A stretch of DNA of 64,000 bases from assembly GCA_003551215.1 (NCBI GenBank), contig PUMD01000133.1, positions 2,494-66,493 on the forward strand, in the 5' to 3' direction. Both the position numbers and the translations under genes were made by a program. The notes beneath the pieces were generated by a model. That model was not told where the DNA came from and did no database searches. It was given only the letters and a program-made list of their open reading frames with translations. Shown piece after piece: positions 56,115 to 64,000 of this stretch. This DNA comes from Clostridia bacterium (GTDB taxonomy: Bacteria > Bacillota > Sulfobacillia > SLMV01). Within the stretch, counting starts at the first letter, position 1. Every line of letters begins with the position of its first letter.

Positions 56115-56701
56115 GACTGCGGCAGGTTCGGCTGCAATGCCATGCAGCACGCAAAAGAAATGCGGTGTGACGAGAATAAACATGACGATGCTGGTATAGG
56201 GAGACCATGCCGGTGGAAGTCATCATCTGCCAGCAGCCGGCTGGATAGATCTTTGGCAGGAAAATAAGCTATGAGTTTATGTCTATTACCTCATTGGTGG
56301 CGATATATTTGGCCTGTGCTCAGCAGCATAGACCAGGCGCATTAGTTTACGTAAAGAGGAGTTCTTCCTCTGCGTGAGGTGTGAGCAGCGTTGAATGCGT
56401 CAGGTTATCCCTGGGTGGTTTACGGATCAACAGCCTCGCGATGAGAGCTCACCTGCCAGGCCGGATGTGGCCCTGGTGTTGAATCAGGGAGTGCCGGTGC
56501 AAAACAGCATACGCCAGGGATTTGTCCTCAGAGCGCAACATTCTCACGCGAGAAGTTGGGTCACTGAGGAACAATACGGAGAAGCAGCAACTACCCGGAA
56601 ACCGTCGCTTGGAGTTCATTGTCCATAGACCCCCTGACAACTGCAAAGCTAACCCACTATTTTGTCAACCATGACAACTACAAGATGCGGGGGAGATATA
56701 T

Positions 56702-57550
56702 GTGCAAAAAGTATTTTTCAATGGTGAATTTATGCACTACGGAGAAGTGAACATATCGCCCGAGGATAGAGGGTTTAACTTCGCTGATGGGCTGTATGAG
56801 GTCATTAGAGTCTACAACGGCCGACCGTTTTGCATGCGAGAGCACCTCGACCGCCTGTACAGCGGGGCAGAAGAGCTGGAAATAAGCATCCCTTACAGCA
56901 GGACGGATTTTGCCGACATAACCGACCGTCTTTTGCAGTCCAACGACCTGCAGGAGGCCATGATCTACATGCAGGTCACTCGTGGAGCGGCTCCCAGGTC
57001 TCACCCCTTTCCTGATAGCTGCGAGCCTACTGTTTTTGTGTTTGTGCGCAGCGTATCTCCGCCGGCAAGAGAGAAAGTAGACCGTGGGGTATCAGTCATA
57101 ACTCAACCGGACAATCGGTGGGGCCTTTGTCACATCAAGACGATTGGTCTGCTGCCCAATTGCATAGCTCGCACGAAAGCGGAGCGCCAGGGAGCCTTTG
57201 AGGCCCTGCTGGTCCGTGACGGTTTTGTGACTGAGGCCACCGCACGTACCGCATTTTGCGTCAGAGACGACGTCATGTACACCCATCCTCTGGCCAATAT
57301 ACTGCCCAGTGTAACCCGGTTGTGTGTCCTGCGTCTCGCCGAAGAAAATGGTTGGCCGGTGCAGGAGCAGGCTTTGCCGGTGGCGCAATTTCTGGGAGCC
57401 GATGAGATCTTCATCGGGGGAACGGTAGCCGAAATACTGCCGGTAGTTCGGGCAGACGGTCGCGAAGTGGGAGACGGAAAACCGGGTCCGATCTTCCGTT
57501 CCGTTTATCGGGCGTATCAGGAATTGATAGACCACCAGTGCGAAAGATGA
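56702..57550 (+). CDS. dat: D-amino-acid (D-alanine) aminotransferase, class IV PLP enzyme
   Basis: 282 aa. EDRGFNFADGLYEVIRVYNG...EHLDRLYSGAEEL...QVTRGAAPRSHPFP closely parallels Bacillus Dat. GTG start 7 nt after GGGGGAG. Confidence 0.7.
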   Translation: MQKVFFNGEFMHYGEVNISPEDRGFNFADGLYEVIRVYNGRPFCMREHLDRLYSGAEELEISIPYSRTDFADITDRLLQSNDLQEAMIYMQVTRGAAPRSHPFPDSCEPTVFVFVRSVSPPAREKVDRGVSVITQPDNRWGLCHIKTIGLLPNCIARTKAERQGAFEALLVRDGFVTEATARTAFCVRDDVMYTHPLANILPSVTRLCVLRLAEENGWPVQEQALPVAQFLGADEIFIGGTVAEILPVVRADGREVGDGKPGPIFRSVYRAYQELIDHQCER

Positions 57551-57771
57551 GCCAGATCAATGCCGTCGGAAGGGCCTTTCATCTTTGAGATGGCCACTCC
57601 GTCGGCATCTGCTGTGTATGATAAGCTGCACAATTTGCGTCTCTTACCGGAGCAAATCCCGCCTACCTGTGGACGGCCCCCATTGTATTCCATATAATGG
57701 TACAAAACAAATCAAATCATCTGACCCTATGAAAGACTGATTCTTCAATTCTGCGGCGTCCGCTTTACTAC

Positions 57772-60204
57772 ATGTCGGTTTCTTTTGCAGCCGGTATCCT
57801 GGCAGCCAGCACCTGGACCGTCCTGCCTCGCTGGTTTGCAGCGGTGACCGTTGGTGCCCCGTGTATCGCTATGGTACTCTGTTGGGCCGCCCGCAGACAG
57901 GTTAACTGCAGCTGCAGGCGTGTCAGGCGTGTTGTGTGGGGCCTGCTTCTGCTGGGAGTGTTCTTCTGTGGATCACTGCGATATCTTATGCACGTCTCTT
58001 CTGTGGCTGGAGGACCGCTGCTGTGCGATGAGGAGCGCGCAGCAGAAGTAGTAGTCACGGCTGCAGGCAACCCTGAACCCACCTCTGCAGCAGGGGGGCT
58101 GCGGTGGGAGGCGGAGATTCTCCCCAGTGAGGACCGGCAGCCAGCTGCAGAAAGCGGATTTAAGCGTGACCTCATCGGACATAGTGTCATGGTCTTTTCC
58201 GACCGGCAGTCGATCAAGGCCGGAGGAGTTTACCGGGTGCAGGGAACAATAACACGTCCGCGTGCAGCCAGGAACCCGGGTGTTTTCGATTATCGTCAGT
58301 ACCTTTTACATCAGGGCGTCGGCTATGTCTTGTACGCGGAGGACGTCTCTCAGCTGAGGGCTCCGCCTGCATGGAGCATAGCACGACTCAGGCAGCAGCT
58401 CGGCAGGCGGATTTACTCGTCGCTGACTCCTGCTGCAGAAGAGTCCATCGTCGGTATTGTGCTGGCACTCACTCTCGGTATACGCGACAGCATACCTCAA
58501 TCTCTCCTGCAGGATTTCCGTACGGTCGGCCTGGGCCATTTGCTAGCCGTCTCTGGAATGCATCTGGCCATTTTTGGCATGGGCATGCTTCATCTTTGTT
58601 ATCTTGTGATGTCAAAACACCACACACCTGTGGTAGCCATCCCCGCCCTAGTGATATACTGCTGCCTGGTGGGAGGTAGGCCCTCCGTCTGGCGTGCTGC
58701 CGCAGTATTTGCCGGGTGGTTGTGTTCGCAGCTTGCGGCACATCGGATAGAGCCGCTTAACACCCTGGGTGGGGCAGCCCTGCTGCTTCTGGTGGCGAAT
58801 CCAGGCACCCTGTTTGATATCGGGTTTCAACTGTCCTTTGCTGCATGCTGGGGGCTGGTATGTATCGGCCCCAGAATCAATGCCTGGATGTCCCATTTGA
58901 TTGGCAATGGTCCTCTTCAGTCGTATCTCGTGCCGGCGATGTCTGCATCAACTGCCGCCTACCTGACTACTGTTGGCTTGATCCTGTATCACTTCGGTGA
59001 AAGCTCCCTGCTGGCGTTGATGATTAATCCGCTGTTTGTTCCGCTGCTGGCTCCCATGATGATAGGTGCCTGGATCGCGGCGTTGTGGGCATCGTTCGGC
59101 CTGCCAGCAGTTGTTCCTTATGTCGCCACGCGGCCTCTGGCCTTTCTGACGGCGGTGGTGCGCTGGCTTGCCGGTGCATCGACTGGCTACACGGTAACCC
59201 TGCGGCCCATGATGCTGCTGTTTGTATACTCATCCCTGTGGGCTTCCTTTCCTCCTCCGCGGGAGGTTCTGCTCGAGGATCAGGTCACAAAGCTGCAGAC
59301 CGGCAAGCTCCGCTTCTTAAGGACTGCCAGGCTCCTGCTGCTGTGGCTGGTGGTTTTGTTGCTGGTCTGGACGGCCCCGCACCCTGGCGGGGGCTTTTTG
59401 CGGGTGACGCTCTTTGATGTTCGCCAGGGAGACTGCCTTTTGATTGAGGAACCCGGGGGAAAAACAGTGCTGATTGACACCGGTCCCCCTGATTGGAGCG
59501 GCGATGATTCCATACTGCAGCGGGAAGTGCTGCCTTATCTTTTGAGCAGGGGGATAAGTTCCATTGATTACCTGTTGTTGACCCACAGTCACCTCGACCA
59601 TATAGGAGGGGCGGATGATCTCCTTTGTGCAGTGGATGCAGAGAATATCTGGCTGCCTACAGCTGACAGGGGCAGGAAAGCCGATGGGGTGTGCCCCGAC
59701 GTGTGGGGGCAGTGGGCTGAGGAGTATTCTGATAGGATCAGGTGGGTGTATGCTGGTGATGATTTCGAGGTCGGCTGTGTCAATGTGGAGGTTTTATGGC
59801 CGCCCAGCGAGGTGGACCCGCGCCTCGATCTCAATGAGAGGAGTATGGCGGTACGGATCAGCTATGGAGATTGGACCATGCTGGCCATGGGGGATGTCGA
59901 GGGGTTAGGAGAACATATGCTGGTGCACAAGCTGCGGGGACAGCTGTCCGCCTCAGCTCTCAAGGTTGGTCATCACGGGGCGAGACGTTCAAGCGGCGAG
60001 GATTTCCTCGGTCAGGTTAGGCCCCAGGTGGCACTGATCCCGGTCGGTGTAAACCCTTACGGCATGCCCTGCGCGGACACAATCAGGCGGCTTGAGGCCT
60101 CTGGAGCCCGCGTTCTCAGTACCAAGCGTGCCGGAGCCATAATCCTTCATACAGATGGAACTCGTTGGTGGCTGCAGACGATGCTTTATGCAGCCGCGGA
60201 CTGA
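57772..60204 (+). CDS. comEC: DNA internalization competence protein ComEC/Rec2
   Basis: N-terminal OB/DUF4131 region, the polytopic competence domain, and a C-terminal MBL domain (LLLTHSHLDHIGG). Start uncertain. Confidence 0.85.
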   Translation: MSVSFAAGILAASTWTVLPRWFAAVTVGAPCIAMVLCWAARRQVNCSCRRVRRVVWGLLLLGVFFCGSLRYLMHVSSVAGGPLLCDEERAAEVVVTAAGNPEPTSAAGGLRWEAEILPSEDRQPAAESGFKRDLIGHSVMVFSDRQSIKAGGVYRVQGTITRPRAARNPGVFDYRQYLLHQGVGYVLYAEDVSQLRAPPAWSIARLRQQLGRRIYSSLTPAAEESIVGIVLALTLGIRDSIPQSLLQDFRTVGLGHLLAVSGMHLAIFGMGMLHLCYLVMSKHHTPVVAIPALVIYCCLVGGRPSVWRAAAVFAGWLCSQLAAHRIEPLNTLGGAALLLLVANPGTLFDIGFQLSFAACWGLVCIGPRINAWMSHLIGNGPLQSYLVPAMSASTAAYLTTVGLILYHFGESSLLALMINPLFVPLLAPMMIGAWIAALWASFGLPAVVPYVATRPLAFLTAVVRWLAGASTGYTVTLRPMMLLFVYSSLWASFPPPREVLLEDQVTKLQTGKLRFLRTARLLLLWLVVLLLVWTAPHPGGGFLRVTLFDVRQGDCLLIEEPGGKTVLIDTGPPDWSGDDSILQREVLPYLLSRGISSIDYLLLTHSHLDHIGGADDLLCAVDAENIWLPTADRGRKADGVCPDVWGQWAEEYSDRIRWVYAGDDFEVGCVNVEVLWPPSEVDPRLDLNERSMAVRISYGDWTMLAMGDVEGLGEHMLVHKLRGQLSASALKVGHHGARRSSGEDFLGQVRPQVALIPVGVNPYGMPCADTIRRLEASGARVLSTKRAGAIILHTDGTRWWLQTMLYAAAD

Positions 60205-60321
60205 ATTACCGCATGAGGGGAAGGAACTTGCGGTCCTGTGCGGAAATCTACAGTTAGGCGGCATTTTCCGTTTGCATGTAAGAAAGGGGGATAGGCGGTA
60301 GGGCCTTGCCCACCGCGCGAC

Positions 60322-62007
60322 ATGTCAAAACCTCAGTTTGAGTTTTCAGGCTACTACACCTATGAACAGATTACCGAGGAGCTGCATGACCTGTCTGAGC
60401 AAAATCCATCGCTGGTTTCGGTGGAATCGATAGGGAAAAGCCACGAGGGCCGAGACGTATGGCTGGTGACCGTAACTGATCGGGAAACCGGATGTCCGGA
60501 CAGCAAACCGGCTCACTACCTTGATGCCAACCACCATGCCGGCGAGGTGACTGGCTCTATGGTCATCCTCTACCTCATCCGCTACCTGGCCGACAACTAC
60601 GGCATCGATGAATCCATCACTCGCCTGCTGAGACGCTGCACCCACTACTTGGTACCCCGGGTGAGCCCGGATGGTTCCGAAAAGTACCTCAACACGCCGC
60701 ATGCCCTCCGTTCGAGCGTAAGGCCCTGGCCCAAAAATCACAGCACAAAAGGACTGCAGCCTGAGGATATAAACGGAGACGACCTGATACTGCAGATGCG
60801 CGTACCCAACCCCGACGGCGCCTGGCGTATATCCGACGAGGACCCGCGGTTGATGGTCCGCAGAGATCCCGACGAGGAAGGCGGCGAATACTACGACCTG
60901 CTGACCGAAGGCATTATTGAAGGTTATGACGGCGTGACGGTTGATAGTGCTCCTCCCCGTTGGGGATTGGACTTCAACCGCAATTATCCAGCCAACTGGA
61001 AGGATGCCCGTCAGCAGAGGGGAGCTGGACCGTATCCCCTCTCTGAACCGGAGACACACAACATTGCCGGGTTTTTCTCTCAGCACCCAAATATCGCTGC
61101 CGCAACCTCATATCACACAACCGGCGGGATATACCTGCGTCCGCCCTGTATTCATCCAGACGGAGAGATGAACTACGGAGACCTTCGCCTTTTTGCCGAG
61201 CTGGGTAGGCTTGCAGCAGAGCATACCGGGTATCCCTGCGAGTCGGTCTTTGATGCCATGACTCTGGACAAAAGCAGGCCGCATTGTGGGAGTTTCATCG
61301 ACTTCGCCTATGAGATGCACGGGCTGGTGGCCTTTGCTCCGGAGCTTTGGAATCTGCGGCAAAGAGCCGGGATTCCTCAGAGATCGCCGAAGGACCGTTA
61401 CCTGATGTCGCCCGCCGAAAAAGAGACCGACGACCTGAAAACTCTTCAGTGGCTCGATGAACACGCTCCCGGTTCCTTTCATCCATGGACCCCTTTCGAG
61501 CACCCCCAGCTGGGTCAGGTAGAAATCGGCGGGGTTGAAGGAAAATTCACTCTGGTTAATCCTCCGGTTGACTTTCTGTCGCAGGAGTGTCACAAAAATG
61601 CAATGGCTGCGCTGACTCTCAGTAAAGCCCTTCCCCGGCTGGCTATAGACGATTTCACATGTCGTCGGGTGTCTGATACTGTTGTTTATGTGCTGTCAGC
61701 GGCGGTGAGCAACAGAGGTTGGCTGGGAACCTGGGTGACCAGCAAGGGGCGTCAGCAGGGAGACGACATGCAGTACAGGCTGTACCTGCCTGATGCAGTG
61801 GAGGTAATAAAGGGCAAAACTCAGGGCCCATTACCCCATCTGGCCGGCCGCAGCAGCGCCAGTGAACGACGCGCTATTGCCAGCTCCGAGAAGCTCGAAT
61901 GGGTGGTAAAGGGCCCACAGAGGGCGCTGGGTGAACTGCGGCTGGAGATTCGCGGCAGACGAGCAGGCGTATGCACCGGACAGCCTGCTGTTATGGAGGA
62001 TAATTGA
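60322..62007 (+). CDS. M14-family zinc carboxypeptidase
   Basis: Zinc ligands HAGE (HxxE) and the downstream His. DFNRNY motif. 561 aa. Confidence 0.6.
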   Translation: MSKPQFEFSGYYTYEQITEELHDLSEQNPSLVSVESIGKSHEGRDVWLVTVTDRETGCPDSKPAHYLDANHHAGEVTGSMVILYLIRYLADNYGIDESITRLLRRCTHYLVPRVSPDGSEKYLNTPHALRSSVRPWPKNHSTKGLQPEDINGDDLILQMRVPNPDGAWRISDEDPRLMVRRDPDEEGGEYYDLLTEGIIEGYDGVTVDSAPPRWGLDFNRNYPANWKDARQQRGAGPYPLSEPETHNIAGFFSQHPNIAAATSYHTTGGIYLRPPCIHPDGEMNYGDLRLFAELGRLAAEHTGYPCESVFDAMTLDKSRPHCGSFIDFAYEMHGLVAFAPELWNLRQRAGIPQRSPKDRYLMSPAEKETDDLKTLQWLDEHAPGSFHPWTPFEHPQLGQVEIGGVEGKFTLVNPPVDFLSQECHKNAMAALTLSKALPRLAIDDFTCRRVSDTVVYVLSAAVSNRGWLGTWVTSKGRQQGDDMQYRLYLPDAVEVIKGKTQGPLPHLAGRSSASERRAIASSEKLEWVVKGPQRALGELRLEIRGRRAGVCTGQPAVMEDN

Positions 62008-62029
62008 CCTGTGACTCCGGAGGGATACC

Positions 62030-63082
62030 ATGAGTTTTGAAAGCATCCTTTCAGAAGTGAATGAAGGCCACGTGGCCGCAGTCTATCTCCTGTACGGTGA
62101 GGAATACGAGCGAAGGCGTGAATTTCTGCATCGTCTTCGGCGCAGGCTGGGCATTGATGATGATACATCTTCGTTGAACTATCAGAAGTTCGTCGGCGAC
62201 AGTGCCACTGCTGATGCTGTCCTGTCCGCCTGCAGTACCCGTACATTTGATGGAAGAAGCCGGCTGGTGGTTGCTGTTGATCCGCCCGATCTTGAAGGTG
62301 GGGATCAGGAGGAGGCCCGCAAGTGGGTTTCTTACGTGGAAAACCCCAACCAGAGCAACTGCCTGTGTATCGCAGTTGCCAAGGTAGATAAGCGGCGCAG
62401 GCTGTATCGACGGGTCAGTTCAGCGGAATATCAGCATGCTCGGGCTGTGCCCTGCGAACGACCACAGGGGAAGCAGCTCAAAAAGTGGATAAAGAGTACG
62501 CTCTCACGCCGGGGCAAGGACATCTCCGCCCGGGCGTTGGAGATGCTGAGCGACTACGACGTCCCCCTGAGCCTCCTGCGGCAGGAACTGGACAAGATGT
62601 GCACGTACGTTGGTGACCGAGGAACCATCTCGGCAGACGACGTGTCAGCTCTGGCCTGCCTCCCTCCACAGCAGAACATTTTCGATCTGGTGGATGCTGT
62701 CGGTGAGAGGGACTCAAAAAAGGCAGTTATGCAGACCGAGAGAATGCTACAAGACGGGGCAGAACCTCTGATGCTACTGGGCATGATAGCACGCCAGATA
62801 AGGCTGATCTGGCACACTCAGCATTACCTGAGCAGGGGTTATACCGTCAGCAAGTTAGCTTCGCGGATGCAGCTGCCCGACTGGGTGGTGCGCAAGTACG
62901 TGAGGCAGAGCCGCAATTTTACTCCCAGGCAGCTGGAAACAACTATGGAGGTTATGCGGGAATGCGATCTGGGCATAAAGCAGGGGCGCTGGCCAGCAGA
63001 GATGGCTATTGAGCGCCTTGTGGTTATGCTGGCTAATCCCGAGGTCAGAACAGAGAAGGCCGGCCTGGGACCAGATGGTTAG
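62030..63082 (+). CDS. holA: DNA polymerase III delta subunit HolA
   Basis: YLLYGEE N-terminal motif and delta-subunit length. Conserved position after comEC and before rpsT. RBS GGAGGGA. Confidence 0.8.
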   Translation: MSFESILSEVNEGHVAAVYLLYGEEYERRREFLHRLRRRLGIDDDTSSLNYQKFVGDSATADAVLSACSTRTFDGRSRLVVAVDPPDLEGGDQEEARKWVSYVENPNQSNCLCIAVAKVDKRRRLYRRVSSAEYQHARAVPCERPQGKQLKKWIKSTLSRRGKDISARALEMLSDYDVPLSLLRQELDKMCTYVGDRGTISADDVSALACLPPQQNIFDLVDAVGERDSKKAVMQTERMLQDGAEPLMLLGMIARQIRLIWHTQHYLSRGYTVSKLASRMQLPDWVVRKYVRQSRNFTPRQLETTMEVMRECDLGIKQGRWPAEMAIERLVVMLANPEVRTEKAGLGPDG

Positions 63083-63165
63083 AAATCTACCTGGCCCCTT
63101 TGCTCGGCGACGGCACACAATAGATCACTGAATCTTCGCCGAAGGGACGCAGAAGACCCTGGCCT

Positions 63166-63450
63166 TCAATCTTCCTCCGACTGTCTTTCGGCAAACTCGT
63201 TGTACCTCGTGTGAAGCTGGGATTTCTTACGGGCAGCGTTGTTCCGATGAAGGACGCCTTTGGATACAGCACGGTCGATGCAGCTTACCGCATTCCGAAG
63301 GGCCCGGGAAGCCTCGTCCAGTTCTTCATCCTGCAGCGTTTGCATAAACTGGCGGATGGCCGTCTTCATGCGGGTCTTTACCCGCTTGTTGCGCAGGCGC
63401 CGCTTCTCAGAAGACCTCGCCCGTTTGGCAGAAGACTTGAGCTTGGGCAA
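63166..63450 (-). CDS. rpsT: 30S ribosomal protein S20
   Basis: MPKLKSSAKRARSSEKRRLRNKRVKT... RBS GGAGGTGA. Confidence 0.9.
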   Translation of the reverse strand: MPKLKSSAKRARSSEKRRLRNKRVKTRMKTAIRQFMQTLQDEELDEASRALRNAVSCIDRAVSKGVLHRNNAARKKSQLHTRYNEFAERQSEED

Positions 63451-63500
63451 TTAATTCACCTCCTAGAGCATATTAGCACACAACCGGCCCGGCTTCAACG

Positions 63501-64000
63501 CTACTGGACAGCATCAGGAACCAGGTCCCTTTTCAGGGCAACAGCGAGAACCTTGGCCATCATGCGGGCACTCTTGAGGGCTTCGTCCATGGTGTTCTCC
63601 ACGCCTCCCACCTCCAAAAGTAAAGCTGCGGGCGATAGGTGCTGGTTGTAGCGGTAATCTTTTTGCATTATTCGCAGAAACAGGCCGGGGAACTCCTCTT
63701 CCATGATTTCCGACAGGCCTTCGGCAAACTGCAGATTCAGGTGGTGATGAGGGTGGTCAAGATGCCGGTCGGAGCCCACAACCATCATGATCCTTGCCCC
63801 AGTATCTCCACTTTCTGTGTCCTGAAACGCTGTTATTTCCCTGGGGGTGGCGTCGCGGTGAACATCAAGCAGAATCTGAGCTGAGGGGTATTCCTTCTGC
63901 AGGGCGGTTATCCTTTCACCGGATCGGGCGTAGGCACCCACTCGGTTCATGCCCCGCCCGTCAGGAAGCGTGTCAAAATAATCCCGGACGTGAATGGTGG
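63501..64000 (-). CDS. spoIIP: Stage II sporulation protein P, C-terminal part (5' end beyond the window)
   Basis: LLDVHRDA and YNQHLSPAALLLEVGGVENT align with the SpoIIP blocks IDIHRDS and YNQDL..ALLLEFGGVDN. Conserved neighbour of rpsT/holA. Confidence 0.75.
   Translation of the reverse strand, partial: TIHVRDYFDTLPDGRGMNRVGAYARSGERITALQKEYPSAQILLDVHRDATPREITAFQDTESGDTGARIMMVVGSDRHLDHPHHHLNLQFAEGLSEIMEEEFPGLFLRIMQKDYRYNQHLSPAALLLEVGGVENTMDEALKSARMMAKVLAVALKRDLVPDAVQ

Noticed and set aside
56395-56628. 77-aa ORF inside the long dat leader
   Set aside because: No Shine-Dalgarno at sensible spacing, an Arg/Gln-rich low-information sequence, and an antisense ORF of similar length on the other strand. 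It is reported only as part of the unexplained noncoding region.
1-64000. Scan for CRISPR arrays, tRNA/rRNA genes and transposase/integrase genes
   Set aside because: No regularly spaced direct repeats, no tRNA-like T-loop/acceptor signatures in the intergenic regions, and no ORF with DDE/tyrosine-recombinase motifs were seen. None are reported.

Overview
This is a 64 kb chromosomal window from a moderately high-GC, spore-forming Gram-positive anaerobe (Clostridia-like Firmicute). The evidence is the conserved ctsR-mcsA-mcsB-clpC, sigH and comEC-holA-rpsT-spoIIP blocks, GGAGG-type ribosome-binding sites and frequent GTG/TTG starts.

The window holds about 55 protein genes. There are no rRNA genes, no recognisable tRNAs, no CRISPR array and no transposase or integrase.

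The first 20 kb is the class III heat-shock and housekeeping region in the order ctsR, mcsA, mcsB, clpC, PIN/TRAM (yacL-like), ispDF, cysS, thyX, a TrmH-family methyltransferase and sigH. It differs from the Bacillus order in three places: radA/disA are absent and a Cys-rich small gene sits on the opposite strand; ispD and ispF are fused; gltX/cysE are replaced by an RlpA-like gene.

Directly after the sigH terminator, synteny with the ribosomal-protein region is broken by a minus-strand operon of two membrane proteins carrying cell-wall-binding (CWB2-like) repeats. Next come an rnhC plus WYL-regulator pair, a membrane zinc-ribbon protein, PrsA, ComEA, an alkaline-phosphatase-family membrane protein and RecD2.

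The most striking part is a roughly 19 kb [FeFe]-hydrogenase supercluster at 37.3-56.1 kb:
- An NADH-type multimeric hydrogenase: NuoE-like HydC, a HATPase-only protein, a NuoF-like HydB fused to a GltD/NfnB-like NADPH domain (1022 aa), the catalytic HydA, and a 14-kDa thioredoxin-like ferredoxin.
- An hfs-like H2-sensing module: an RsbW-like kinase, a sensory HydS-type hydrogenase, a PHP phosphoesterase, and a second sensory hydrogenase domain fused to a histidine kinase.
- A TM1266-like regulator and the maturases HydG, HydF and HydE.
- A stand-alone receiver, a frameshifted receiver remnant, a 30-nt perfect palindrome and a REC-PAS-histidine-kinase hybrid.

The catalytic HydA shows an unusual TSCSPGW variant of the L1 H-cluster motif.

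The window ends with dat, comEC, an M14 carboxypeptidase, holA, rpsT and the 3' part of spoIIP. All functional calls rest on motif-level recognition in the translated ORFs; no database searches were run.
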